A DNA stretch of 64,000 nt, from contig NC_135803.1 of NCBI RefSeq assembly GCF_964213995.1, positions 9,982,001 to 10,046,000 of the forward strand, given 5' to 3'. Positions 38,230 through 49,542 of this stretch are shown here, piece after piece; the stretch's first letter is position 1; the number at the start of each line of letters is the position of its first letter. The translations under genes were made by a program, and so were the position numbers. Source of the DNA: Mustelus asterias (lineage: Eukaryota). Under the pieces are notes generated by a model, which worked only from the letters and a program-made list of their open reading frames with translations, was not told the origin of the DNA and did not search any database.

Positions 38230-39189
38230 AGGCCATCGAAAAGCAATGGTAATGTGGGACGTGTTATCAGTTAGGAAATGAAAGAAGCGTTTGACATGGT
38301 CATGACATGTGGTCATGAGTGACTTCAATCTGAAAATAGGCTTCTTCAACTAAATAAGGACCAATGCTGTGAAAGACAAGTTTCTGGAGTGTATTAGCTA
38401 TGGGTTTCGAGAGCAGTACGTTGAGAAGCCAACTAGAGTACACACTATTCAATATTTAGTACAATTAAAAAAAATGGCTAATTAATAATCCAGCTGCAAA
38501 AGAACCTCTAAGAATGAGCGATCACGATATGATGGAATATTACATTATGTTTAAAAGTGAGGAAGGCCAATCAGCAACCAAGGTGTTAAAGCTGAATAAA
38601 AGGAATTATGAAGACATGAGGGAAAAATTGGCTGAGATTGATTGGGAAAATGCAATAAAAATGCAATAAATGCCTGAGCATAGGGAAGAGATAGTCTTCA
38701 AAAAAATTACATAGCGTATAGCACCTAATCATTCCTTTAGGATTCAAAACCCCACAAAGCCAGTCAACCGTGGCTGCCGAAGGCTGTTAAGGATTGTATA
38801 AGTTTGAAATAAAAGGCTTTTAATTTGGCAGAAATAGTGGTAAACCCGATGATTGACAGGATTTTGGAATCCAGCAAAGGAAGGCCAAGACTCTGCTAAA
38901 GAAAGTGAGAACAAAATATGGATGCATTCCAGCAAAAACAGAAAACAAACTGTGAAAGCTTGTATAGGTATGTATAAAGAAAGCGATTTGCAAAGACAAA
39001 TTATAGGCAGAGTCAGGAGAGTTGATCAAGGGGAATGGAGAAATGGCAGGAAGCTGAGTGATTACTTTGTGTCTGAAGATACAGGAAATCTCACACTGTA
39101 GAGACCCAAGGGACGAGAGAGAATGTGGAGTCGAAGGAAATTAGTATAAGAACGTTGCATCAGACAAATTGGTAGGGATGAAAGTTGAT

Positions 39190-40380
39190 GGCCGGGATTC
39201 TCCCAGTCCCCTGCGCTGCTCGAGTCGCACAGCGGGCCGGGAGACATCAGCGGTGGGCCTGTAGTAGGACACGCGACCAGCATCCCACCGATCGTAAGTC
39301 CCCCAGGCCCTTTTTTCCCATGTAATCAGCCCCACACCAGAAATCAGTGCGGGGCTCATTACCTTCCGGAAATCGCTATTTCCATGTGAATAGAGAGCCA
39401 TAGATGGTAGTCTCCCGCCCCATTAGTGTCTCCCCATACAGGGAGAGCCTCGAATCATCGGGGTGACCAGGAATGCTCACCCCGCTGGTGGGGGCAGAGG
39501 CCATTGAGGCCGCCCGGGAGGTTGGGGGCAGGGAGATGACCCTTGGGCAGTGCCAGGCTGGCACTGCCCAGATGGCACATTGGCACTATCCACTGAGCAC
39601 CTGGCACTGCCCACCAAGCACCACGCAATGCCAAGGGGCAACGGCCAGTGCCAATGGGGCAGGGCTGGAGCAGGTGAGGCCTACTGGGGCGGGGCCTGCT
39701 GGATGGGGCTACTGGGGGGCAATGAGTTGTGATGGGGGAGGCCGCTGCGCACTCTGAAATGCTATTAGTGGGGGAGTGAGGGAGGGGGAGGGGGGGGGGG
39801 ATCCGGGCTGGCCTTAGGGGTGGTCAAGCTGGCCATGGGGATGGTTCGGGTTTGGCCATGCTGAAGGTCAGAGCTGGTCTGGAGGGGGTCAGGGCTGGCC
39901 ACAGGGGCGGGGAGAACGGGGCTGACAATGTGGTGCTGGCGATTGAGGCTGGGGAGGGGGGCGGAGAGGGTCGGGTTGGCCAGCACTTGGGGGCTGGCGT
40001 TGGGTAGGCAGAGGTCGGGTAGGCAGAGGATGGGAGGGGGAGCGGGGGTGCGGTGGGGGGGGGGGGGGAGGGGGGCGGGGCGGGGGGGGTTGCTGCCCAG
40101 GGAATCTGGAGGCCGGCGATATCAGGGCCAGTGAGCAGGCGCCGATATCCGCACTGACAGATCAGCGCGAGCGCAGTGGCACGTTCAGCACTTTGCTGCC
40201 AGCCTCTCCAGCGGGAATAGCCCCGCCCCGCCAACCCCCTCCCTCCACTTTCCGTTGTGAAACCTTCGGAGGCAGAGTTCCGGAGAATCGTTCTGTTAAG
40301 TACGCCCAGAAAATGGGGCGGGACATTCTCCCATTTTCCCACCCGTTGGGTACTTTGTTTCTTTGGGAGAATCCCGGTTC
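39190..40380. mobile_element. GC-rich non-autonomous DNA transposon/MITE (about 1.19 kb)
   Basis: Perfect 14-bp terminal inverted repeat ccgggattctccca (39192-39205) / tgggagaatcccgg (40364-40377) with AT flanks. It interrupts contiguous CR1 sequence and has no transposase ORF. Confidence 0.75.
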
Positions 40381-40933
40381 ATAACTTCTCAAAATCTAAT
40401 ATTACGCATCCCAGAGTGTTGAAAGAAGTTGCCCTGGAGATGGTGGATGCATTGGTGCTCATCTTCCAAAATTCTATAGATTCTGGAATGGTTCCTGAAG
40501 ATTGTAAGGTAGCAAACGTCGCCCCACTATTTATTCCCACCAGGAAAAAGCAGACGATTTATTTCTGGCGCGATTGGAATTGCAATTCGTAAAGTCAGCT
40601 TACCAGGACTGAGTACCCAGGAAACCTTTTGGTGAAGGAGTTTTGGGAGAGGACATTCAACTGTACACTAAAGAACATGGTAAACAGAACAACTGAAACT
40701 CAACCTGACTCTGAGATCCAAGCATGCGCAGCAAAAGAGAATCTACACACTGCCCGCAATGCGTTTACAGATGTCACTGAGTACAGAATTACTTACAACA
40801 TATATAAAGCCACTTATGCCATAGCTCATGCTCTCCATGATAAGTTTTCGTGTGAAACTGGTAAAGGACCATTTTACAATAACAGCTGTGCAGATATTTC
40901 AAACTTACCACCATGGCAGGCAAAGAATAGTAA

Positions 40934-41229
40934 TGATGTGGACCTGCAGAGTTTCACTGGCTGTCTTGTCTGGAGACAATACACATCTTTTTAGCCTGTC
41001 TTGATGCTCTCTCCACTCCCATTGTTTTGTTTCTTAAAGACTGGATTAGTTGTAAGTATTCGCATTCCAACCATTATTCATGTAAATTGAGTCTGTGTCT
41101 TTATAAGTTCTGTTTGTGAACAGAATTCCCACTCACCTGAAGAAGGGGCTTAGAGCCTCGAAAGCTTGTGTGGCTTTTGCTACCAAATAAACCTGTTGGA
41201 CTTTAACCTGGTGTTGTTAAACTTCTTAC
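40934..41229 (+). mobile_element. PLE pseudo-LTR insertion (296 bp) at the exon 3 donor of A'
   Basis: TSD (c/t)aaagaatagtaa at 40921-40933 and 41230-41242. Ends with accaaataaacctgttggactttaacctggtgttgttaaacttcttac. Absent in gene A. Confidence 0.9.
41129..41173 (+). ncRNA. Minimal type-I hammerhead ribozyme (second variant)
   Basis: CCACUCAC-CUGAAGA-A-GGGGC(uuaga)GCCUC-GAA-AGCU-U/GUGUGG. The stem sequences differ from the 8656 copy but pairing is retained. Confidence 0.8.
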
Positions 41230-41387
41230 TAAAGAATAGTAAAGCAGTGAATGTTGTTTGCCCTTTGAGGAGATGTCCCTGTTGATAAAATAGCCTTTCT
41301 GGAAATGAAATATGACTTTGATGCTTACATGCATATTTGAAAGAATTTACCATCGATATACTAACCGTTCTATTTCCTTTTATAAAG

Positions 41388-41615
41388 CTACTGCATTATC
41401 TGAAAGCAGTAAAATTCAGAACTATGATTGGCGAAACAGTATATTTTGATGAAAATGGCGACCCAGTCCCAACCTATGACATTGTCAACTGGCAGCCAGA
41501 TGCATTTGGTGACACAAAGATTTCAACTGTTGGATACTATGATGGATCTGCATTGCCAGGACAAGAATTTGTCATAAGCGAAGGTGAAATAAAATGGAGT
41601 GGCTCTCAGATTATG
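41388..41615 (+). pseudogene. V2R A' exon 4
   Basis: Near-identical to 5813-6040; 228 nt. Confidence 0.9.
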
Positions 41616-42370
41616 GTAAGGATATTCCATTCATGACAGTATGTGGGGTGATCTCACGGCTGCTTGTCCGAGTTTGCTCTCGGTTTTAGGAAGAAATAAA
41701 ATCGGTAAATGTGTCCAAACTCGTTAAGGGAACAAAGCTTCACATGTAGTTAACAATTGCCAAATTGCTCCAGAATGTATAAATCTGTCATTTACCAACT
41801 TTGGTCTAATTAGAGCTTTTCTGCTATGTGCTGCATTTCGAGTAAATGTTGACTAAATCAATTATCAAGTGCGCGAGACACAATGGCTAAGACCTATGTC
41901 AATTTTAAAATATGTTCGGGTACCAGTGCTTTGCGGTTTTCGCGATAACCCACCGCGACCTCATCGGCGGTGAGAAGAATCAAATAACTCTTTCTACTAG
42001 TGGAAACATGCAGTGGGCCCAATGAGCTTCTTCACAAAATCATAGAATAACATAACACCGAAAGCGGCCATTCGGCCCACGCTTTCTGTGACAACGCATT
42101 GAAAGATCTATTTAATTTTTATCGCTGCTTTTCTCTCAGAACCTTGTAATTGTTTCAAGTATTTCTTCAATTCCCTTTTGAAACTTACTTCATGAATCTG
42201 CTTCGGCACAATTTCAGGCACTTTGTGAAACGCTTTCTTCTTATTTTTCTTGTGGGTTTTTTTTTGCAAATCACTTTAATCTTCCCTTTCTGCCTCTGGA
42301 GGGACTTGCTCCTTATGTGCTCTATCAAAACCGTTTTGAACAGCTTTATTTAATACCCCTTCACCTCTTT

Positions 42371-44775
42371 GGGCGGCACGGTAGCACAGTGGTTAGTACT
42401 GCTGCTTCACAGCTCCAGGGACCTAGGTCCGATTCCCGACTTGGGCCACTGCCTGTGTGGAGTTTTGATGTGGAGATGCCGGCGTTGGACTGGGGAGAAC
42501 ACAGTAAGAGTTTTCACAACACCAGGTTAAAGTCCAACAGGTTTATTTGGTAGCAAACACCATCAGCTTTCGGAGCGCTGCTCCTTCGTCAGATGGAGTG
42601 GAAATGTGCTCGCAAACAGGGCACAGAGACACAGAAATCAAGTTACAGAATACTGATCAGAATGCGAATCCCTACAGCCAGCCAGATCTTAAAGATACAG
42701 ACAATGTGGGTGGAGGGAGCATTAAGCACAGGTTAAAGAGATGTGTATTGTCTCCAGACAGGACAGCCTGCAAGTCCAGGAGGCATGCTGTGGGGGTTAC
42801 TGATCATGTGACATAAATCCAACATCCCGGTTTAGGCCGTCCTCATGTGTGTGGAACTTGGCTATCAGTTTCTGCTCAGCGACTCTGCGCTGTCGTGTGT
42901 CGTGAAGGCCGCCTTGGAGAACGCTTGCCTGAAGATCAGAGGCTGAATGTCCGTGACTGCTGAAGTGCTCCCCCACAGGAAGAGAACAGTCTTGCCTGGT
43001 GATTGTCGAGCGGTGTTCATTCAACCGTTGTCGTAGCGTCTGCATGGTTTCCCCAATGTACCATGCCTCGGGACATCCTTTCCTGCAGCGTATCAGGTAG
43101 AAAACGTTGGCCGAGTTGCAAGAGTAGGTACCGTGTACCTGGTAGATGGTGATCTCACGTGAGATGGTGGCATCCGTGTCGATGATCCGGCACGTCTTGC
43201 AGAGGTTGCTGTGACAGGGTTGTGTGGTGTTGTGGTCACTGTTCTCCTGAAGGCTGGGTAGTTTGCTGCGTACAATTGTCTGTTTGAGGTTGCGCGGTTG
43301 TTTGATGGCAAGAAGTGGGGATGTGGGGATGGCCTTGGCGAGATGTTCGTCTTCATCAATGACATGTTGAAGGCTCCGGAGGAGATGCCATAGCTTCTCG
43401 GCTCTGGGGAAGTACTGGACGACGAAGGGTACTCTGTCCACCGTGTCCCGTGTTTGTCTTCTGAGGAGGTCGGTGCGGTTTTTCGCTGTGGCACATCGGA
43501 ACTGTTGATCGATGAGTCGAGCGCCATATCCTGTTCTTATGAGGGCATCTTTCAGCGTCTGGAGGTGTCTGTTGCGATCCTCCTCATCCGAGCAGATCCT
43601 GTGTATTCGGAGGGCTTGTCCATAGGGGATGGCTTCTTTTACGTGTTTAGGGTGGAAGCTGGAGAAGTGGAGCATCGTGAGGTTATCCGTGGGCTTGCGG
43701 TACAGTGAGGTGCTGAGGTGACCGTCCTTAATGGAGACGCGTGCATCCAAGAATGCAACCAATTCCGAAGAGTAGTCCATGGTGAGTCAGATGGTGGAAT
43801 GGAACTTGTTGATGTCATCATATAGTTGTTTCAGTGATTGCTCACCATGACTCCAAAGGAAGAAAATATCATCGATGTATCTAGTGTATAGCATCGGTTG
43901 AAGGTCCTGTGCGGTGAAGAAGTCTTGTTCGAACCTGTGCATGAAGATGTTGGCATATTGAAGTGCGAATTCGGTCCCCATGGCTGTTCCGTGTGTCTGG
44001 ATGAAGAACTGGTTGTTGAAGGTGAAGACATTGTGGTCCAGGATGAAGCGGATGAGTTGTAAAATTACATCAGAAAACTGGCAGTTGATGGCGTTGAGTA
44101 CTGAGGCCGTTGCAGCAATGCCATCATCGTGGGCGATGCTGGTGTAGAGTGCCGAGACATCCATTGTGACGAGGAGTGCTCCTGGTTCAACTGCTCCATG
44201 TGCGTTGAGTTTCTGTAGGAAGTCCGTAGTGTCGCGACAAAAGCTGGGGGTTCTTTGTACAATGGGTTTCAAGATGCCCTCGACATAGCCGGAGAGGTTC
44301 TCGCACAGGGTCCCATTGCCTGATACGATGGGACGGCCGGGTGTGTTTGTCTTGTGTATCTTTGGGAGGCAGTAGAGATCTCCAACGCGGGGAGTACGTG
44401 GGATGAGAGCACATTTCCACTCCATTTGATGAAGGAGCAGCACTCCAAAAGCTAATGGTGTTTGCTACCAAATAAACCTGTTGGACTTTAACCTGGTGTT
44501 GTTGAAACTCTTACTGTGTGGAGTTTGCACATTCTCCTCGTGTCTGCGTGGGTTTCCTCCGGGTGCTCCGGTCTCCTCCCACAGTCCAAAGATGTGCAGG
44601 TTAGGTTGATTGGCCATGCTAAAAATTGCCCCTTAGAGTCCTGAGATGCGTAGGTTAGAGGGATTAGCGGGTAAATATGTAGGGATATGGGGGTAGGGCC
44701 TGGCTGGAATTGTGGTCGGTGCAGACTCGATGGGCCGAATGGCCTCCATCTGCACTGTAGGGTTTCTATGGTTCT
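42371..44775 (+). mobile_element. HE1-type SINE split by the PLE (42371-42465 and 44514-44775)
   Basis: The head lies before the PLE and the body and tail after it. Absent in gene A intron 4. Confidence 0.85.
42466..44513 (-). mobile_element. Penelope-like retroelement (probably Neptune clade), 5'-truncated, RT plus GIY-YIG endonuclease, inverted pseudo-LTRs
   Basis: YCLPKIHK, GTAMG and YIDD (RT); CHSNLCKTC linker; VFYLIRC...WYIGET (GIY-YIG). One in-frame TGA at 43787-43789. Inverted arms of 109 bp at 42503-42611 and 44407-44515. 13-bp TSD ctgtgtggagttt. Confidence 0.95.
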
Positions 44776-44917
44776 TTTGCTTTAGGTAGAATAACGTTGG
44801 ATTCTCTAATCTTTGCCATATATTTGAAGTCCCATCATTCTCGCGAATCCTTCTGCATCGTCTCCAAAGGCTTAATGTTCTTCCTTATGTATGTGCCCGG
44901 AATAAGACGCAATAAGG

Positions 44918-45235
44918 TGGCGCAGTGGCACAGTGGTTAGCACTGCTGCTTCACAGCGTCATGGACCCGGTTTCAATTCCGGCCTCAGGTCACTGTCTGT
45001 GTGGAGATTGCACGTTCTCCCAGTGTCTGCGTGGATTTCCACCGGGTGCACCGGATTCCTCCCAAAATTCAAAAATGAGCGGGTTAGGTTGATTGGCCAT
45101 GCTAAATTAAACCTAATGTCAGGGAGATTAGCGGGGTAAATATGAAGGGTTACGGAAAATAGGGCCTCGCTGGGATTGTGATCGGTGCAGACTCGTTGGG
45201 CCGAATTCTCCTTCTGCAATGTCGGGATTCTGTGA
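44918..45235 (+). mobile_element. HE1-type SINE (ortholog of 6952-7268)
   Basis: Same flanks as the copy in gene A. Confidence 0.85.
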
Positions 45236-45351
45236 GGCACAAACAGTGATTTATAAATGTCACGCATAACTTCCTCACTTTTGTGCCCTACCTCTGTGCA
45301 GAATGCCAAGCCAAGGAACCTATACGCCTTTCTGGGAGCCTTCTTAATTTA

Positions 45352-45685
45352 CGGCACGGTAGCACAGTGGTTAGCACTGCTGCTTCACAGCTCCAGGGTC
45401 CTGCGTTCGATTCTCGGCTCGGGTCACTGTCTGTGTGGAGTTTGCACATTCTCCTCGTGTCTGCGAGGGTTTCCTCCGGGTGCTCCGGTTTCCTCCCACA
45501 GTCCAAAGATGTGCGGGTTAGGTTGATTGGCCAGGTTAAAAATTGCCCCTTAGAATCTTAAGATGCGTCGGTTAGAGGGATTAGCGGGTAAAATATGTGG
45601 GGGTAGGGCCTAGGTGGGATTGTGGTCGGTGCAGACTCGATGGGCCGAATGGCCTCCTTCTGCACTGTAGGGTTTCTATGATTTC
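45352..45685 (+). mobile_element. HE1-type SINE specific to A'
   Basis: Full head and tail; the empty site in gene A is at about 7385. Confidence 0.88.
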
Positions 45686-45933
45686 TTAAGAAAACCTCTA
45701 AGTTTTGTTAGCGTGTGCCCCAGGCTTCTCCGTTCCCGTATCAATTTAATACTTGCAACATGTAATTAATTTTGCCCTTCTTTATACATTCAATGCCATT
45801 TTTCCTTTTGCGCTGCGTGATTATATGAGTTAATGACATCAATTATTCCAGAACCCAAGGAGATTTGAGCTTTGGAGTGTGGGGTGGATGGAACGAAGGA
45901 GAGGTCAAGCAACTGGTCCTATTTCAGTGACTC

Positions 45934-48900
45934 GGGTTGCACTTGAATCCCAGGGGGACCAATATCCTGCCGGGGAGGTTTGCTAAGGCTACTGGGGAGA
46001 TTTCAAACTAGAATGGTTGGGGGGTGGGAATCAAATTGAAGTGACTAGGAGAGAGGAGGTTAGCTCACAAATAGAGAAAGCTTGTCGACAGTGTGAGAGG
46101 GAGGATAGGCAGGTGATAAAGAAGGGGAGCGCTCAGACCGAAAGTTTGAGATGTGTCTATTTTAACACAAGGAGTGTTGTGAACAAAGTGGATGAGCTTA
46201 GAGCGTGGATGACTACTTGGAAATATGATGTGGTGGCCATTACAGAGACTTGGATGACTCAGGCACAGGACAGGTTACTTCAAGTGCCGGGTTTCAGATG
46301 TTTCAGAAGGGACAGGGTAGGTGGCACTGTTGATCAGAGATAGTGTCACGGCTGCAGAAAAGATGGACACCAAGGAGGAATTGTCTACGGAGTCTGTGGG
46401 TGGAGGTTAGGAACCAGAAGGGGTCAATAACTTTACTGGGTGTTTTCTATAGGCCGCCCAATAGTAACAGGGATGTTGAGGAGCAGATAGAGAAACAGAT
46501 CCTGTAAAGGTATAATAATAACAGAGTTGTCGTGATGGGAGATTTTAATTTCTCAAATATTGATTGGAATCTCCCTAGAGTAAGGGGTGTAGATGGGGAA
46601 GAGTTTGTTAGGTGTGTTCAGGAGAGTTTCTTAACACAGTATGTAGATAAGCCTACAAGAGGAGAGGCTGTACTTGATTTGATGTTGGGAAATGAACCTG
46701 GGTAAGGTGTCAGATCTCTCAGTGGGAGAGCATTTTGGAGATAGTGATCATGATTCTATCTCATTTACAATAACATTGGAGAGAGATAGGATCAGACAAG
46801 TTAGAAAGTGTTTAATTGGAGTAAGGGGAATGATGAGGCTATCAGGCCGGAAATTGGAGGCTTAAATTGGAAAGAGGTTTTCTCAGGGAAATGTACGGAA
46901 GAAATGTGGCATATTTTCAGGGATTTGTATGGAGTTCTGCATAGTAACGTTCCAATGAGACAGGGATGTTATGGTAGTTTACATGAACCATGGTGGACAA
47001 AGGCTGTAATGAATCTAGTCAAGAAGAAAAGAAGAGCTTACAAAAGGTTCATTGAGCTAGGTAATGTTAGAGATCTTGAAGAGTATACGGCTAATAGGAA
47101 GGATCTTAAGAAGGAAATTAGGAAAGCCAGAATGGGTCATGAGAAGGCCTTGGCAGGCCGGATTAAGGAAAACCCCAAGGCATTCTACAAGTATGTGAAG
47201 AGCAAGAGGATAAGACGTGAAAGAATAGGACCTATCAAGTGTGACGGTGGGATAGTTTGTATGGAACGGGAAGAAATAGCAGAGGTACTTAATTAATACT
47301 TTACTTCAGTATTCACTCTGGAAAAGGAGCTTTAGTGCAGACTTGCAGCAGACTGAAAAGCTTGAGCATGTAGATATTAAGAAAGAGGATGTGTTGGAGC
47401 TTTTGAAAAGCATCAAGTCAGATAAGTCGCTGGGACCGGATGAGATGTACCCCAGGCTACTGTGGGAGGCGAGAGAGGAGTTTGCTGAGCCTCTGGTGAT
47501 GAACTTTGCATCATCAATGGAGACGGGAGAGGTTCCGGAGGATTGGAGGATTGCGGATGTTGTTCCTTTATTCAAGAAAAGAAGTAGAGATAGCCCTGGA
47601 AATTATAGACCAGTGAGTCTAACCTCGGTGGTTGGTAAGTTGATGGAGAAGATCCTGAGAGGCAGGATTTATGAACATTTGGAGAGGTATAATATGATTA
47701 AGAATAGTCAGCATGACTTTGTCAAAGGCAGATCATGCCTTACGAGCCTGATTGCATTTTTTGAGGATGTGACCAAACACATTGATGAAGGAAGAGCAGT
47801 AGATGTAGTATGTATGGACTTCAGCAAGGCATTTGATAAGGTGCCCCATGCAAGGCTTATTCAGAAAGTGAGAGGGCATGGGATCCAAGGGGACATTGCT
47901 TTGTGGATCCAGAACTGGCTTGCCCACAGAAGGCAAAGAGTGGTTATAGATGGGTCATATTCTGCATGGAGGTCGGTCACCAGTGGATTGCCCCAAGGAT
48001 CTGTTCTGGGACCCTCACTCTTTGTGATTTTTATAAATGACCTGGATGAGGATGTGGAGGGATGAGTTGGTAAGTTTGCTGATGACACAAGGGTTGGAGG
48101 TGTTGTGGATCGTGTGGAGGGATTTCAGAAGTTGCAGCGAGACATTGATAGGATGCAAGACTGGGCGGAGAAGTGGCAGATGGAGTTCAACCCAGACAAG
48201 TGTGAGGTGGTTCATTTTGGCAGGTCAAATAGGATGGCGGAATATAATATTAATGGTAGGACTCTTGGCAGAGTGGAAGATCAGAAGGATCTTGGGGTCC
48301 GAGTTCATAGGACGCTCAAAGCAGCTGTGCAGGTTGATGCTGTGGTTAAGAAGGCGCATGGTGTACTGGCCTTCATCAATCGAGGAATTGAGTTTAGGAG
48401 TCGTGAGATAATGTTGCAGCTATATTACACCCTGGTCAGACCACACTTGGAGTACTGTGCTCAGTTCTGGTCGCCTCATTACAGGAAGGATGTGAAAGCC
48501 ATAGAAAGCGGGCAGAGGAGATTTACAATGATGTTGCCTGGGTTGGGGAGCATGCCCTATGAGGGCAGGTTGAGTGAGCTTGGCCTTTTCTCCTTGGAGA
48601 GATGAAGGATGAGGGGTGACCTGTTAGAGATGTATAAGATGTTGAGAGGTACTCATCGAGTGGATAGTCAGAGGCTTTTTCCCAGGGCTGAAATGGTTGC
48701 CACAAGAGGACACAGGTTTAAGGTGCTGGGGAGTAGGTACAGAGGAGATGTCAGGAGTAAGTTTTTCACTCAGCGGGTGGTGGGTGCGTGGAATGGGCTG
48801 CCAGCAACGGTGGTGGAGGCGGATTCGATAGGGTCTTTTAAGAGACTTTTAGATAAGTACATGGAACTAGTAAGATAGAGGGTTATAGATAAGCCTAGTA

Positions 48901-48987
48901 ATTGCTAAGGTAGGGACATATTCGGCACAACTTTGTGGGCTGAAGGGCCTGTATTGTACTGTAGTTTTTCTATGTTTCTATGTTTCT
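45934..48987 (+). mobile_element. CR1-clade LINE, 5'-truncated (end of ORF1, endonuclease, RT), with (tttctatg)n tail
   Basis: GLHLNPRGTNIL (SGNH-esterase-like ORF1 end), [29 protein letters not shown] and [11 protein letters not shown] gtgactc at 45927-45933 and 48988-48994. Confidence 0.95.
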
Positions 48988-49307
48988 GTGACTCACTCTG
49001 GCCAGTGGCCACGCTTTGCACTTAGATCTTGGGCTGAAATAGCTTGCTGGCAATTGTTGCATGGGTTCACATTCGGGGAATATCTATGAGAAGAAATAAG
49101 GGAAGAGGCAAGAGATGGCACCCAAGAATGAATCAACATTTTTCAGAAAGGAAAGGGGAGGAAGATGGGGCTAATATGCATTCAGGATTCGCTGATCACA
49201 CGCCCACGAGGAATATCGACCCTTTCGCCCTTAAAGGCAGCGGACGTTAAGGGACTAAAAACAAAATACAAGATGACTATCTATTGCATTTTATTCTCTA
49301 AAACAAG

Positions 49308-49431
49308 GTTCCAAAAGCAGTTTGCTGCGACCCCTGTCCTAATGGAACAAGAAGGGCAGCAATAAAAGGTCTATCCATTTGCTGCTTTGACTTCATACGA
49401 TGTGCTGAAGGTGAAATAAGCAACACGACTG
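49308..49431 (+). pseudogene. V2R A' exon 5
   Basis: Paralog of 11409-11532; a conserved Cys is changed to Phe. Confidence 0.9.
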
Positions 49432-49542
49432 GTAAGAATAAGCAGGAGTACGCATGTCACAAATAATTTGGCAACGATTCATCTCCGAATATGGAATGAT
49501 TTGAATCATGTCACTTTCAGTTTCGACTGTGTTTGTCTTTAG

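Larger units (their letters stand above)
36130..40534 (+). mobile_element. Old degenerate CR1 LINE (ORF1 end, endonuclease, RT start) hosting a solo LTR and a MITE
   Basis: Remnants of ETWL...WELNI, RPSKSN, DFN, SDHD and HPRVLKEVALEMVDALVLIFQNSIDSGMVPEDCKVANVAPLF. It ends abruptly at the V2R exon 3 fragment. Confidence 0.75.

Noticed and set aside
39376-40392. Pro/Gly-rich ORFs on both strands (for example 39824-40342)
   Set aside because: By-products of G/C runs inside the TIR element; no recognisable domain.
43781-43792. TGA readthrough or selenocysteine between the PLE RT and endonuclease parts
   Set aside because: PLEs encode a single ORF. A point nonsense mutation in a truncated copy is the simpler explanation.
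44407-44471. ORF starts MLLLHQMEWKC and MVANTISF as the PLE protein N-terminus
   Set aside because: They come from the inverted pseudo-LTR arm. The true ORF is truncated at about 44406.
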